Positions 40,924 to 50,071 of a stretch of DNA of 64,000 nt are shown one piece after another. Each line of letters begins with the position of its first letter. The first letter of the stretch is position 1. The stretch is from contig JBOGVZ010000061.1 of assembly GCA_050692985.1 (NCBI GenBank), forward strand, positions 81,966 through 145,965. The letters are read 5' to 3'. The notes under the pieces are model-generated. The model worked only from the letters and a program-made list of their open reading frames with translations. It had not been told where the DNA came from and did no database searches. The position numbers and the translations under genes are program-made. The stretch is from Actinomycetota bacterium (GTDB lineage Bacteria; Actinomycetota; UBA4738; CALAEC01).

Positions 40924-43014
40924 TCACGGCTCCTCAGGAGGCTCCTCGGTGGGCGACGGCGACGGCGGGGGCGGGGGCGAGGGCGGCGTCGGGGACGGTG
41001 GAGGCTTGGGCGACTTCTTCGGCTCCTTGGTCGGCTCCTCGGTGGGCTCCTCGGTGGGCTCAGGGGAGGGCGCCGGTATGGGGGCCGACCCCGAGATCAG
41101 CTCCCCGGTGAACTCCGGCGTGGCGAACGGCTGCGGATCGAGACCGGAGTGGACGGCGGCCATGAACTCGTGCCAGATCGGGGCCGCCACCGAACCTCCG
41201 GTGGCCCCCGGCATCGGCGTGCGGGCGTCGGGATGGCCCACCCACACGCACGCGGCCACTTCCGAGGACGCCCCGCAGAACCACACGTCCGAGTCGTCGT
41301 CGGTGGTGCCGGTCTTGCCGAACACCTCGAACCCCAGGCCGCCGGCGGCGGTTCCGGTCCCGCCGCTCACCACGGCCTTCATCGTGTAGATCGCCTGGAG
41401 CGCCTCGTTCTGCTGCAGGATCCGCTGCCCCCTGGTGCCGTTGCGGTGGATCACGTCGCCGTCCGGTCCCCTGATGAGCCGAACCGGGGTGGCACGCCGA
41501 TGGATCCCCAGCGAGGCGAAGGACGCGTAGGCCTCGGTCATCTCCAGCGGGGAGACCTCCTTCGTGCCGAGGGTGATCGAGCACGGGGCCGGGTCCCCCA
41601 GGTCGCTGCGGATGCCCATGTCGCGGGCCAGCTCGGCCACGGCGTCGGGCCCGACCTCCACCACGAGCTGGGCGAAGATCGTGTTCACGGAGTTCGCGGT
41701 GGCCTGCACCAGGTCCATGGTCCCGGCCCCGGAGTCCGAGTAGTTGCCCGGCTCCCAGCCACCGCACCTGGGGTCATCGATGCTGATCTTCCCCGGGCCG
41801 CTGAACACCGAGCGCAGCGAGACGCCCTGCTTGATGGCCGCGGCCAGGGTGAACGGCTTGAACGCGGAGCCCGACTGCCGGCCGGTCCCCCCGTCGCCCG
41901 TGGCCAGGTTCACCTGGGCCTGCCGGAAGTCCCGGCCGCCGACCATGGCCCGCACCTCCCCGGTATCGACGTCGATGGCCACCAGGGCGGCCGCGGGCGT
42001 TCCGGGATCGAGGCTCAGGCGGTTCGCGATGGCGGTCTCGGCCGCCTCCTGCCAGGCGGCGTCCAGGGTGCCCCGGATCCGGAAGCCGCCGGTGAAGGTG
42101 TCGCCGCCGTACTTCCGCTCCATGTACCGCCGCGTGTAGTCGATGTAGTACGCGGCCGGGCTGCGCTCGAACCCCTTCCTGGCGCCGACGGTGTGGACCC
42201 CCTTCTGCTTCAGGCGCCCGGCCCGCTCGGGCTCCAGGAAGCCGAGCTGGGCCATCCGGTCGAGCACGTAGTTGCGGCGGACGGCGGAGTTGTCCGGGTT
42301 GTCCCGCGGGTCGAACAGCTCGGGACCGCTGATCAGCCCGGCCAGGGTGGCCGACTGGAGCACGTTGAGCCCGCGGGCCCGCTTCCCGAAGTAGGTCTGG
42401 GCGGCGGCCTCCATCCCGTAGGCCCCCTCGCCCAGGTAGATCGTGTTGAGGTACCGCTCCAGGATCTCGTCCTTCGACAGGGCCCGCTCGAGCTTCATCG
42501 CCAGCAGGACCTCCTTGATCTTCCGGGTGTAGGTGCGCTCCGTGCCGACCTCCTGGGGATAGACGTTGCGCACGTACTGCTGGGTGATCGTGGAGCCACC
42601 CTGGGTGATCTCGCCGCCGGTCACGTTGGCCCAGGCGGCCCGGATGATCCCGGTGACGCTGACGCCCCCGTGGCGGTAGAAGCCCGCGTCCTCGGCGGCC
42701 AGGACGGCCTCGATCAGGTGCCGGGGCATGTCCTCGAGGTCGATGGGCTGGCGGTCCACGCCGGCTTCGAACCTGGTCAGCTCCTTGCCGTTCACGTCGA
42801 ACAGGATCGAGGTCTGGTCCTGGGGAAGGTCGAGCTGAAGCGGGAGCTGCGTGTAGACGAAGCTCAGCGCGGGGACCACGGCGACGACGGCCCCGAGCGG
42901 CGGGGTCCACAGCCACCAGTAGCGCCGGAAGAACCCCCGCTTCCTCGTCTTCTTGGGTTTCGGCTTCGCCGCGTGTCGCCGAGCGCCTCGTCGGGGAAGC
43001 GTCTTGGTCGCCAC
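40924..43014 (-). CDS. Class A penicillin-binding protein (transglycosylase plus transpeptidase) with a Pro/Glu/Ser-rich C-terminal tail
   Basis: GT51 motifs (EDAGFYRHGGVS, GGSTITQQ, RKIKE), transpeptidase motifs (SGSAFKP, SVN, KTGT), and an N-terminal TM. GTG start at 43014. Confidence 0.9.
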   Translation of the reverse strand: MATKTLPRRGARRHAAKPKPKKTRKRGFFRRYWWLWTPPLGAVVAVVPALSFVYTQLPLQLDLPQDQTSILFDVNGKELTRFEAGVDRQPIDLEDMPRHLIEAVLAAEDAGFYRHGGVSVTGIIRAAWANVTGGEITQGGSTITQQYVRNVYPQEVGTERTYTRKIKEVLLAMKLERALSKDEILERYLNTIYLGEGAYGMEAAAQTYFGKRARGLNVLQSATLAGLISGPELFDPRDNPDNSAVRRNYVLDRMAQLGFLEPERAGRLKQKGVHTVGARKGFERSPAAYYIDYTRRYMERKYGGDTFTGGFRIRGTLDAAWQEAAETAIANRLSLDPGTPAAALVAIDVDTGEVRAMVGGRDFRQAQVNLATGDGGTGRQSGSAFKPFTLAAAIKQGVSLRSVFSGPGKISIDDPRCGGWEPGNYSDSGAGTMDLVQATANSVNTIFAQLVVEVGPDAVAELARDMGIRSDLGDPAPCSITLGTKEVSPLEMTEAYASFASLGIHRRATPVRLIRGPDGDVIHRNGTRGQRILQQNEALQAIYTMKAVVSGGTGTAAGGLGFEVFGKTGTTDDDSDVWFCGASSEVAACVWVGHPDARTPMPGATGGSVAAPIWHEFMAAVHSGLDPQPFATPEFTGELISGSAPIPAPSPEPTEEPTEEPTKEPKKSPKPPPSPTPPSPPPPPSPSPTEEPPEEP

Positions 43015-43087
43015 GGGCCACGATTGTACCCGCTCGATCCCCCGATCCGATCCCGTGGCCGCGAATCCGGGCGAACCGGTCGAGCCC

Positions 43088-44749
43088 CTACAGGAAGCCG
43101 GCCGCGGAGCCCAGGAACAGCAGCCGGATGGCCATGACCACCGCGGCGGCCTCCACCACCAGGGCCACTCCGAAGCCCAGGGCCAGGGCCGAGGCCCGGG
43201 CCACCACCGCCTCCCCGCGGCGGCGGACCGCGGCCACCGGACCGCTCCGCGGCGGCCTCCGGCGGGTGGGTCGCAGCGGCGCGAACCCCGGGGAGGGGTC
43301 CCGGAAGCCCCGGCCAACGAGGACCACGGCCACCACCACCGCCAGCGCGGGGGCGGCGGCCACCAGCAGGTGGGAGCCGGGCAGAGCGGGGAGCGCCGGG
43401 GCACCGGCCGAGGGGAGGACCGCCGGGAGCCCGAGCTCCTGCTCGATCCGCACCCACCAGCCGATCCCCAGTCGGACCGGCTGGGTCCCCATGTACAGCA
43501 GGGCCACGGCGGCCGGAACGCCCAGGACCGTGGCGGCGGGCCTCGGTCGGGCCCACCGCAACAGGGCCACCGCGCCGAGGATCGCCAGGCCCAGACCCAG
43601 CGCCGCCCCGCCGGCCGCCAGGCCCGCCAGGGGGCGGCCCCGGACGGCGGCCAGCGAGAGGGACAGCCACGCGCCCGGGAACCCCCCGCCGACCGGGGCC
43701 GCGGCCACCGAGGCGACCGCCACCCCCAGGGCCAGGGCGCCCGCGGCCGACCGGACCGGGCGGCGATCCCGGGGGTCGTTCGCGAACCACCGGACCGGAG
43801 GAGCCGCCTCGGCCAGCGCGGTCGCCGCCCCGGCAGCGACGAGCACCGCGGGGAACGCCACCAGGAAGGCCCGGGCCCCGACCGCACCCCCGAGGCCGAG
43901 GGCCACGAACGGCACCCCCGCGCCGGCCCCGATCAGGGCCGCCACCGCACCCGAGGGCCGGCGGGACAGGACCCCGGCCGCCCCGGCCGCCAGCACGGCT
44001 GCCGCCCCGGCGGCAGCCAGCACCGCCATACGCCCGGCCCCGCCCATGGCCAGCCCGGCCATGGCCGCCAGCGCCAGGGCCTGCCCGCGCAGGACCGCCG
44101 ACACGGGGCCGGCCGCACCGTCGGCGGCAACGAGGCGCCAGGTGGCCAGGCCGGGGAGCGCCCCGGCCTTGGCCGCCGCCGCGGCCAGGAGCAACGCGGG
44201 CCCCAGGCCCGAGTCCGGCCCCACCACCGTGCTCCCGGTGCGGGCGAAGATCACGGACAGCCCGAGGAGCGCGGCCCCGTCGGCGGCGGCCAGCGTGAGG
44301 TGCCCCCGGACGTCGGGACGGCCGGTGGCCGACAGGCCGGCCAGCACCGCCGCCAGGGTGGGGACCGGCACGGCCAGCCCCACCACGACCAGGCTGGTGG
44401 ACCACGCCGCCACGACCAGCGCCGAGGCCGACGCGGCCGTCCCCACCACCGCGGCCGGGACCTCGCCGGCCCGGCGAGCCTCGGCCCGCGTCACGGCCAG
44501 GAGGATGCCCACCTCGGCCGCCACCACCACGGAGGACGTGAGCAGGGTGGGCTCCAGCCCCTCCCAGGCCGGGGCCTCCCCCCGGTACGCCATCCACAGC
44601 ACCCACCACGCGGCCGCGTGCCCGCCGCCCGCGAGGGCACCGGCCACCGCTCGGCGGGCCCACCTCGAGCGGGCGAAGGCCAGCCAGGCCAGCCCGGCGA
44701 CGGCCGGGCCGAACACCGCGGCCTGGAGGATCAGGACCCCTCGGCTCAT
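43088..44749 (-). CDS. Polytopic Ala-rich membrane protein with a degenerate NuoN/MrpD/NuoL-type antiporter core motif
   Basis: AKAGALPGLATWRLVAADGAAGPVSAVL aligns position-for-position with KxxxFPxHxWLPDAHxxAPTPVSALL, but the His, Pro-Asp and Thr-Pro residues are substituted. Confidence 0.4.
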   Translation of the reverse strand: MSRGVLILQAAVFGPAVAGLAWLAFARSRWARRAVAGALAGGGHAAAWWVLWMAYRGEAPAWEGLEPTLLTSSVVVAAEVGILLAVTRAEARRAGEVPAAVVGTAASASALVVAAWSTSLVVVGLAVPVPTLAAVLAGLSATGRPDVRGHLTLAAADGAALLGLSVIFARTGSTVVGPDSGLGPALLLAAAAAKAGALPGLATWRLVAADGAAGPVSAVLRGQALALAAMAGLAMGGAGRMAVLAAAGAAAVLAAGAAGVLSRRPSGAVAALIGAGAGVPFVALGLGGAVGARAFLVAFPAVLVAAGAATALAEAAPPVRWFANDPRDRRPVRSAAGALALGVAVASVAAAPVGGGFPGAWLSLSLAAVRGRPLAGLAAGGAALGLGLAILGAVALLRWARPRPAATVLGVPAAVALLYMGTQPVRLGIGWWVRIEQELGLPAVLPSAGAPALPALPGSHLLVAAAPALAVVVAVVLVGRGFRDPSPGFAPLRPTRRRPPRSGPVAAVRRRGEAVVARASALALGFGVALVVEAAAVVMAIRLLFLGSAAGFL

Positions 44750-44759
44750 CCGGCCCCCT

Positions 44760-45611
44760 TCACGCCAGCACCACCAGGACCACGGCGGCCGCGGCCAGGC
44801 CCGAAGCGGCCAGGGCCATGAGGCCGCGCCGGGCGACCAGACCGGCCGCCGCGTCGGCCGCTCCCAGGACCGCGGCCCCGGCGATGGCGGCGCCGGCGAA
44901 CGCCAGGAGGTCCGTGGCCCGGCTGCCGGGCCCCACACCGGCCACCACCGCCGCGCCCACCAGGGCCGTGGCGCCGGCCAGCGACCACCGGCACAGGGCC
45001 ACCAGGGCCGCCGAGGAGGACGGCCGCCCCGCGCCCCGGCGGGTCTGGGCGACCGGGGCCAGCCGGAGCGCTCCGGCAACCACCAGGGCCACCGCCGCCG
45101 CCGCAAGCCCGATGGCCGCCACCGGCGGCCCCACCGCGATCCCCGGCCCCAGCACCTGCTGTACCCCCACCACGGACCCCAGACCGGTGGCCCGCCACCT
45201 CAGGAACGCCGCACCCAGGGCAACCACGAAGGCGGGCTCGGCCGCCGCGGCCACGGTCCGCCCGGCGGCCACCCGCCCGTCCGCCGCCCGGGTCCCGGGA
45301 TCGGAGGCGGCCACCTGACCGCCGGCGGCGGCCATCGCCAGCGAGAGGTACAGGAGCACCGCGGAGCCCGGACCCCGACCGATGGCCGAGGCCGCGACCA
45401 GGGACGCGCCCACCAGGGCGGCCGCCCCCCCGCCCGCCTCGACCACGGTGAGGCGTTCCCGGCGGGCGGCCATGCGGCGAAGGTGGATCCACGGTGCGGT
45501 CACCGGTCCCCACCACGGAGGTGGGCCGCCGGCGAGCCGCCGGACGAGCCCCGCCGCGGCCGCGGCCACCGCTCCCAGGACGAGCGCCACCGGCAGCCCG
45601 ACGGCGGCCAT
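44760..45611 (-). CDS. Ala-rich polytopic membrane protein, hypothetical (possibly NuoH-like)
   Basis: 283-aa hydrophobic ORF immediately upstream of, and co-oriented with, the NuoN-like gene. Confidence 0.3.
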   Translation of the reverse strand: MAAVGLPVALVLGAVAAAAAGLVRRLAGGPPPWWGPVTAPWIHLRRMAARRERLTVVEAGGGAAALVGASLVAASAIGRGPGSAVLLYLSLAMAAAGGQVAASDPGTRAADGRVAAGRTVAAAAEPAFVVALGAAFLRWRATGLGSVVGVQQVLGPGIAVGPPVAAIGLAAAAVALVVAGALRLAPVAQTRRGAGRPSSSAALVALCRWSLAGATALVGAAVVAGVGPGSRATDLLAFAGAAIAGAAVLGAADAAAGLVARRGLMALAASGLAAAAVVLVVLA

Positions 45612-45662
45612 CAGGGCACGGTCAGCGGAAGGATGGGTGCGGGCCGGGCCGGCGCTCGCCGA

Positions 45663-46073
45663 TCACCCGGCGCTGCGACCCACAAAGGCCTCGGTGAGGT
45701 GGTTCCAGGAGCAGCCGGTGCAGACCTCGACCACGTAGCAGGCCCCGCCCTCGCACCGAGCGGTGATCGCCAGGGCCTTGTCAATGGCCCACACGCGGCC
45801 GTTGTCGCGCTTGAGCTCGTCGGCGTAGACGTAGGCCAGGAGGCGGAGGTCGGAACGGTGGCACACCGGGCAGGGCCGGGAGGTGGGCTGCCCCATGTGC
45901 CGGGCCGCCCGGAGCAGCTCGGGATGGGCGTCGCACAGCTCGTGGATCGACATGAGCCCCCGGCGGGCCTGGCGGAGGAGGGCACGCTTGGCCAGCGTGT
46001 AGTCCACGATCCCCAGCTTCTGCCGGGCCGTGGCCTCCCTCCGGGCGTCCTCGGCCTGCGCCACGCCGGCCAT
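45663..46073 (-). CDS. DUF5318-family protein (CxxC...CxxC)
   Basis: GQPTSRPCPVCHRSDLRLLAYVY...VVEVCTGCSWNHL; called from the C-terminal 136 aa of a longer ORF. Confidence 0.6.
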   Translation of the reverse strand: MAGVAQAEDARREATARQKLGIVDYTLAKRALLRQARRGLMSIHELCDAHPELLRAARHMGQPTSRPCPVCHRSDLRLLAYVYADELKRDNGRVWAIDKALAITARCEGGACYVVEVCTGCSWNHLTEAFVGRSAG

Positions 46074-46160
46074 TCTACCCGCCGCCACCCCCCGCGACCG
46101 GAGCGGCCGGACGGCCGGACGGGTGCCCGTCGCCGGTTCCCGTGTAATCTTGTAATCGCC

Positions 46161-46700
46161 ATGGCCGCGACCACGTCCGAGCTCGCCACGGAGCTGGCGA
46201 CGTGGTTCGCCGGCCGGGTGCCGGGCGACTGGTTCGTCGGTCCGCCCGAGGTGACCTGCGACCGCGAGGAGGTCATCGTGGCGGGGCGGCTCGCCCAGCC
46301 CGACTTCCCGAGGGGAGCCACGGCCGCGGCCAAGCGCGCCGCCCGCGCCGCGCGCATCCAGCGCTTCCGGGAGGACACGCGCGACCGAAGGATCGGGATC
46401 GCCCTGGAGGCGGAGCACCTGTGGAACCGAAAGGTGTCCTGGGGGGCGGAGTGCGGTGACGTGCGCCAGCCGTTCACCACGCTGAGCCTCCCGGTGATGA
46501 CCCGGCTGCGGATGGACGAGCGGGCCGTCCTCGACACCCTGGTGGATGCCGGCGTGGCCCGCAGCCGCAGCGACGCCCTGGCGTGGTGCGCGCGGATGGT
46601 GGGGGCGAACCAGGAGGCCTGGCTGGCCGACCTCCGCGCCGCCTTCGAGGAGGTGGAGCGGGTCCGGGCCGCCGGCCCCGGCGCGGAGGAGACCGCATGA
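46161..46700 (+). CDS. Conserved hypothetical protein (179 aa)
   Basis: ATG at 46161 (MAATTSELATELATWFAGRVPGDWF...); stop overlaps the htrA-like start (ATGA). Confidence 0.45.
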   Translation: MAATTSELATELATWFAGRVPGDWFVGPPEVTCDREEVIVAGRLAQPDFPRGATAAAKRAARAARIQRFREDTRDRRIGIALEAEHLWNRKVSWGAECGDVRQPFTTLSLPVMTRLRMDERAVLDTLVDAGVARSRSDALAWCARMVGANQEAWLADLRAAFEEVERVRAAGPGAEETA

Positions 46701-47704
46701 CGAGGTTCGTGGACGCGATCCTGGCCGGCCCACCGGCGGACGGCGACCGTCCCGGGAACGGCGCGGACCGCGAGGCCCTGGATGCCTATTCCACCGTGGT
46801 CACCTCGGTGGCCGAGCGCCTGATCCCTTCGGTGGCCAGCCTGCGGGTGGTGCGCCGGGTCCGGGGGGCGCGGCGGGCGGAGGGGAGCGGCTCCGCGGTG
46901 GTGATCACCCCGGACGGGTTCCTGTTGACCTCGAACCACGTGATCTCCGCCGCGGACGGCAGCACGGCCTCGTTCGTGGACGGCCGCGAGCTCGAGGTCG
47001 ACGTCGTGGGCGTCGACCCCCTGTCGGACCTGGCGGTGATCCGGGTGTCCGGGTCCGACCTGCCGGCCGCGGACCTCGGGGACGCCGACCGGCTCCGGGT
47101 GGGCCAGCTGGTGGTGGCCATCGGCAACCCGCTGGGGTTCACCGGCTCGGTCACCGCCGGGGTGGTCAGCGCGCTGGGCCGGGCCTTCCCCGCCAGGGCC
47201 GGGTCCGCCACCCGGATCGTGGAGAACGTCATCCAGACCGATGCCGCCCTGAATCCCGGGAACTCCGGCGGGGCGCTGTCGGACGGCCGCGGAGCGGTGG
47301 TGGGGATCAACACGGCGGTTGCCGGGATCGGGCTGGGCCTGGCCGTGCCGATCAACGCCACCACCCGGCGCATCATCACCGCGCTGATGGGCGAGGGGCG
47401 GTACCGGCGAGCCTACCTGGGGATCGCCGGGGGGCCGCGGCCCCTGCCCCCCAAGGTGGCCACCGAGGTTGGCCGGGAGGTGGGCGTCGAGGTCGTGGAG
47501 GTCGTCACCGGCAGCCCCGCGGACAGGGCCGGGCTTCGGCCCGAGGACCTGATCCTGGACGTGGGCGGCGAGCCGGTGGGCAGCGCCCGCGACCTCCAGC
47601 GGCTGATGGCCTCCGAGGCCATCGGCCGCACCGTCCCCGTCCGGGTGGTCCGCGGGGGACGGATGGTCACGCTGGAGGCCACGCCGATCGAGCTGGAGGG
47701 CTGA
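46697..47704 (+). CDS. Trypsin-like serine protease with a C-terminal PDZ domain (HtrA/DegP family)
   Basis: Catalytic His (TSNHVI), Asp (DLAVIRV) and Ser (GNSGGAL) motifs, then a PDZ domain. Confidence 0.85.
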   Translation: MTRFVDAILAGPPADGDRPGNGADREALDAYSTVVTSVAERLIPSVASLRVVRRVRGARRAEGSGSAVVITPDGFLLTSNHVISAADGSTASFVDGRELEVDVVGVDPLSDLAVIRVSGSDLPAADLGDADRLRVGQLVVAIGNPLGFTGSVTAGVVSALGRAFPARAGSATRIVENVIQTDAALNPGNSGGALSDGRGAVVGINTAVAGIGLGLAVPINATTRRIITALMGEGRYRRAYLGIAGGPRPLPPKVATEVGREVGVEVVEVVTGSPADRAGLRPEDLILDVGGEPVGSARDLQRLMASEAIGRTVPVRVVRGGRMVTLEATPIELEG

Positions 47705-47707
47705 GCC

Positions 47708-48577
47708 GTGGTGCGGTTCGGCGTCAGCATCAACGCCTCGGCGGAGCCGAGGACCGACCCCGTGGCCGAGGCCCGGCACGCCGAGGACCTCGGCTTCGAC
47801 CTGGTCACGGTGACCGACCACCTGCCCGGCACCCGCCCCACCCACGAGACGTGGACCCTGCTGACCTGGCTGGCGGCGGCCACCGAGCGGATCGGCGTGG
47901 GGACGAACGTGCTGGGCCTGCCCTACCGCCACCCCGCGGTGACCGCCAAGATGGCCGCCTCCCTGGACCGCCTGTCCGGCGGTCGGCTGGTGCTGGGGCT
48001 GGGAGCCGGCGGCTCCAACCGGGAGTTCGAGGCGTTCGGCCTGCCCGTCCGCGAGCCGAAGGACAAGATCGACGCGTTCGAGGAGGCCCTGTGGATCATC
48101 CGGGGGCTGTGGACCGAGGACGCCTTCACCTACCGGGGGCGCCACTACCAGGTCCGCGAGGCCACCATCGAACCCAAGCCCGACCGGGAGATCCCCGTGT
48201 GGCTGGGGACCTACGGGAGGCGGGCGGTGGCGCTGACGGGCCGGGTGGCCCAGGGATGGATCCCCTCGATGCGGTTCCTGCCCCCCGAGGGATGGGGGGC
48301 CGTCCGCGACCGGGTCCGGACCGCCGCCGAGGAAGCAGGCCGGGACCCGGACGCCATCGACTACGCCTACAACGTGGCGGTCCGGGTCGATCCCCGCTCC
48401 GACCCCCGGGAGCACGTGATCGCCGGCGACCCGGGGAAGGTGGCCGACGAGCTGGCCCGTCTGGCGACCATGGGAATCACGTTCTTCAACCTGTGGCCCG
48501 TGGGCGAGCCGGCCGACCAGCGCGAGCGGTTCGCCCGAGAGGTCATCCCCGCGTTCCGCAGTACGATCGGGCCATGA
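47708..48577 (+). CDS. LLM-class (luciferase-like) flavin/F420-dependent oxidoreductase
   Basis: LGFDLVTVTDHL...LGLGAGG TIM-barrel motifs. Confidence 0.78.
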   Translation: MVRFGVSINASAEPRTDPVAEARHAEDLGFDLVTVTDHLPGTRPTHETWTLLTWLAAATERIGVGTNVLGLPYRHPAVTAKMAASLDRLSGGRLVLGLGAGGSNREFEAFGLPVREPKDKIDAFEEALWIIRGLWTEDAFTYRGRHYQVREATIEPKPDREIPVWLGTYGRRAVALTGRVAQGWIPSMRFLPPEGWGAVRDRVRTAAEEAGRDPDAIDYAYNVAVRVDPRSDPREHVIAGDPGKVADELARLATMGITFFNLWPVGEPADQRERFAREVIPAFRSTIGP

Positions 48578-48786
48578 AGGGCGACCGGGTCGAGGTGCTG
48601 GTGGACGCGGGAGCCGGGGTCCAGCGGTACGAGATCGAGGCCACGAAGAGCGGACGGCGGGTGGAGGTCTCGACCGCCCGGGGCGTCGTCGAGGTGTCGG
48701 AGGTCACCCGCACCGGACAGGTCGTCCGGACCGGCCGGTTCATGGCCGCCCGGGTGATCTCGATCGTCGAGCACCCCGCGCGCTGA
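48574..48786 (+). CDS. Small hypothetical protein (70 aa)
   Basis: ATGA overlap with the LLM gene stop (MKGDRVEVLVDAGAGVQRYEIEATKSGRRVEVSTARGVVEV...); looks translationally coupled. Confidence 0.35.
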   Translation: MKGDRVEVLVDAGAGVQRYEIEATKSGRRVEVSTARGVVEVSEVTRTGQVVRTGRFMAARVISIVEHPAR

Positions 48787-48796
48787 CCCCGACGAA

Positions 48797-49465
48797 TCAC
48801 CCCGTGAGCCCGGCCGGCTCCACGTGCCACGGCTCGTGCGACACCGGGAACCCCAGGCCGCACGACGCCGCCTCCCGGTGGGCGGCCCGGCGGGCCGCGT
48901 CCGAGGCGAACCCCAGGTCCGCGGCCAGCCCCCGCTCGTGGTTCGAGTGGCCCGGCGGCGCGGCCAGGTGCGGCTTGTGCCGGTACAGGGCCGCCTGCTG
49001 GGCGCGGGTGCGGAAGCCGGAGACGATCGACAGCCCCCGGACCCGGGCGAACAGGCAGGACAGGCGGGCGGCGAACATCGGCCGGAGCCCCTCGCTCCGG
49101 GCGGGGGCGGCCACCACCGCCCGGGCCGAGGCGGTGACGGTCCGGACCTGGCCGAGGAGCGGAAGGTGGACGTCGAGCTCCACGGTGACCACCACGTCGT
49201 CGCCGCCGGGGTCGCACCGGCACGCCACCAGACTGGCCCCGTCCAGCTCGGCGTACTCCGCGGCCACCTCGGCCGGCGACCGGTCCGAGGGCACCACCAG
49301 CTCCTGCGCCGCCGCCAGGGCGGCCGCGTCGGCGGCGGCCTGGGCCCGGCCCCGGGCGGCGGAGGCCCGGGCCACGTCGGCCCCGAACGCGGCCAGGATC
49401 GCGGCGAACCCCAGCGCCACCATCAGCACCAGCGAGGCGCTCCCGCGCGAAGCCATCCGGCCCAT
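48797..49465 (-). CDS. TadE-like pseudopilin domain fused to a peptidase M15 (VanY / D-Ala-D-Ala carboxypeptidase-like) domain
   Basis: N-terminus MASRGSASLVLMVALGFAAILAAFG...(TadE-like TM). C-terminus LFARVRGLSIVSGFRTRAQQAALY...GHSNHERGLAADLGF...EPWHVE (SxHxxGxAxD and WH motifs of zinc D,D-carboxypeptidases). Confidence 0.6.
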   Translation of the reverse strand: MGRMASRGSASLVLMVALGFAAILAAFGADVARASAARGRAQAAADAAALAAAQELVVPSDRSPAEVAAEYAELDGASLVACRCDPGGDDVVVTVELDVHLPLLGQVRTVTASARAVVAAPARSEGLRPMFAARLSCLFARVRGLSIVSGFRTRAQQAALYRHKPHLAAPPGHSNHERGLAADLGFASDAARRAAHREAASCGLGFPVSHEPWHVEPAGLTG

Positions 49466-49472
49466 CGGCCCG

Positions 49473-49853
49473 TCAGGGCTCGGCGCCGGCGGTCTCCTGC
49501 CGCATCGTGGTGGCGCCCACCATCGTGACCTCGTCGGGGAACAGCCACTCCACGAACGGGACCACCAGCGCCGCCCGGTACCGCACCCGGACGGTCACGG
49601 GCTCCCCCACGCCCCCCTGCCGCTCCACCTCGACCTCCGTCCGTTCGTCGGGTAGCCCGCTGCGGAGGGTCGCGGCCCGGATCCGATCCTCGTCGGTGGT
49701 CACCGTGGCCTCCCGCGCCCCCTCCCGGGCGGCCTGGACCACCACCAGGGAGTCCTTGGCCACCAGGCCCACCTGCACCAGGGCCAGGGCGGCCAACAGG
49801 GCCAGCGGGAGGACCAGCGCCAGCTCGAGCGTGGCGCTCCCGCGAGACCTCAC
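49473..49853 (-). CDS. tadE: TadE-family pilus assembly protein
   Basis: MRSRGSATLELALVLPLALLAALALVQVG... TadE N-terminal motif. Confidence 0.7.
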   Translation of the reverse strand: MRSRGSATLELALVLPLALLAALALVQVGLVAKDSLVVVQAAREGAREATVTTDEDRIRAATLRSGLPDERTEVEVERQGGVGEPVTVRVRYRAALVVPFVEWLFPDEVTMVGATTMRQETAGAEP

Positions 49854-50059
49854 TGCTCGCTGTCACCCACGATGCGGTCGATGATGCTGTCGAAGAACGC
49901 CGGCAGCTTGCCCGAGGACCGGGCCCACACCAGCAGCACCAGGGCGATGGCGGCGGCGGCCAGGATCACCAGGGCGTACTCGGCCGTGGTCTGGCCCCGC
50001 TCGGACCCTCGCCGGACCCACGCCAGCCGGGACTGCACGAACGCGGCGATACGGATCAT
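49850..50059 (-). CDS. flp: Flp-type pilin / DUF4244-like small protein
   Basis: 69 aa; GQTTAEYALVILAAAAIALVLL matches the Flp G-x-TAIEYGL hydrophobic motif. Confidence 0.55.
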   Translation of the reverse strand: MIRIAAFVQSRLAWVRRGSERGQTTAEYALVILAAAAIALVLLVWARSSGKLPAFFDSIIDRIVGDSEQ

Positions 50060-50071
50060 CGGATCCCTCCT

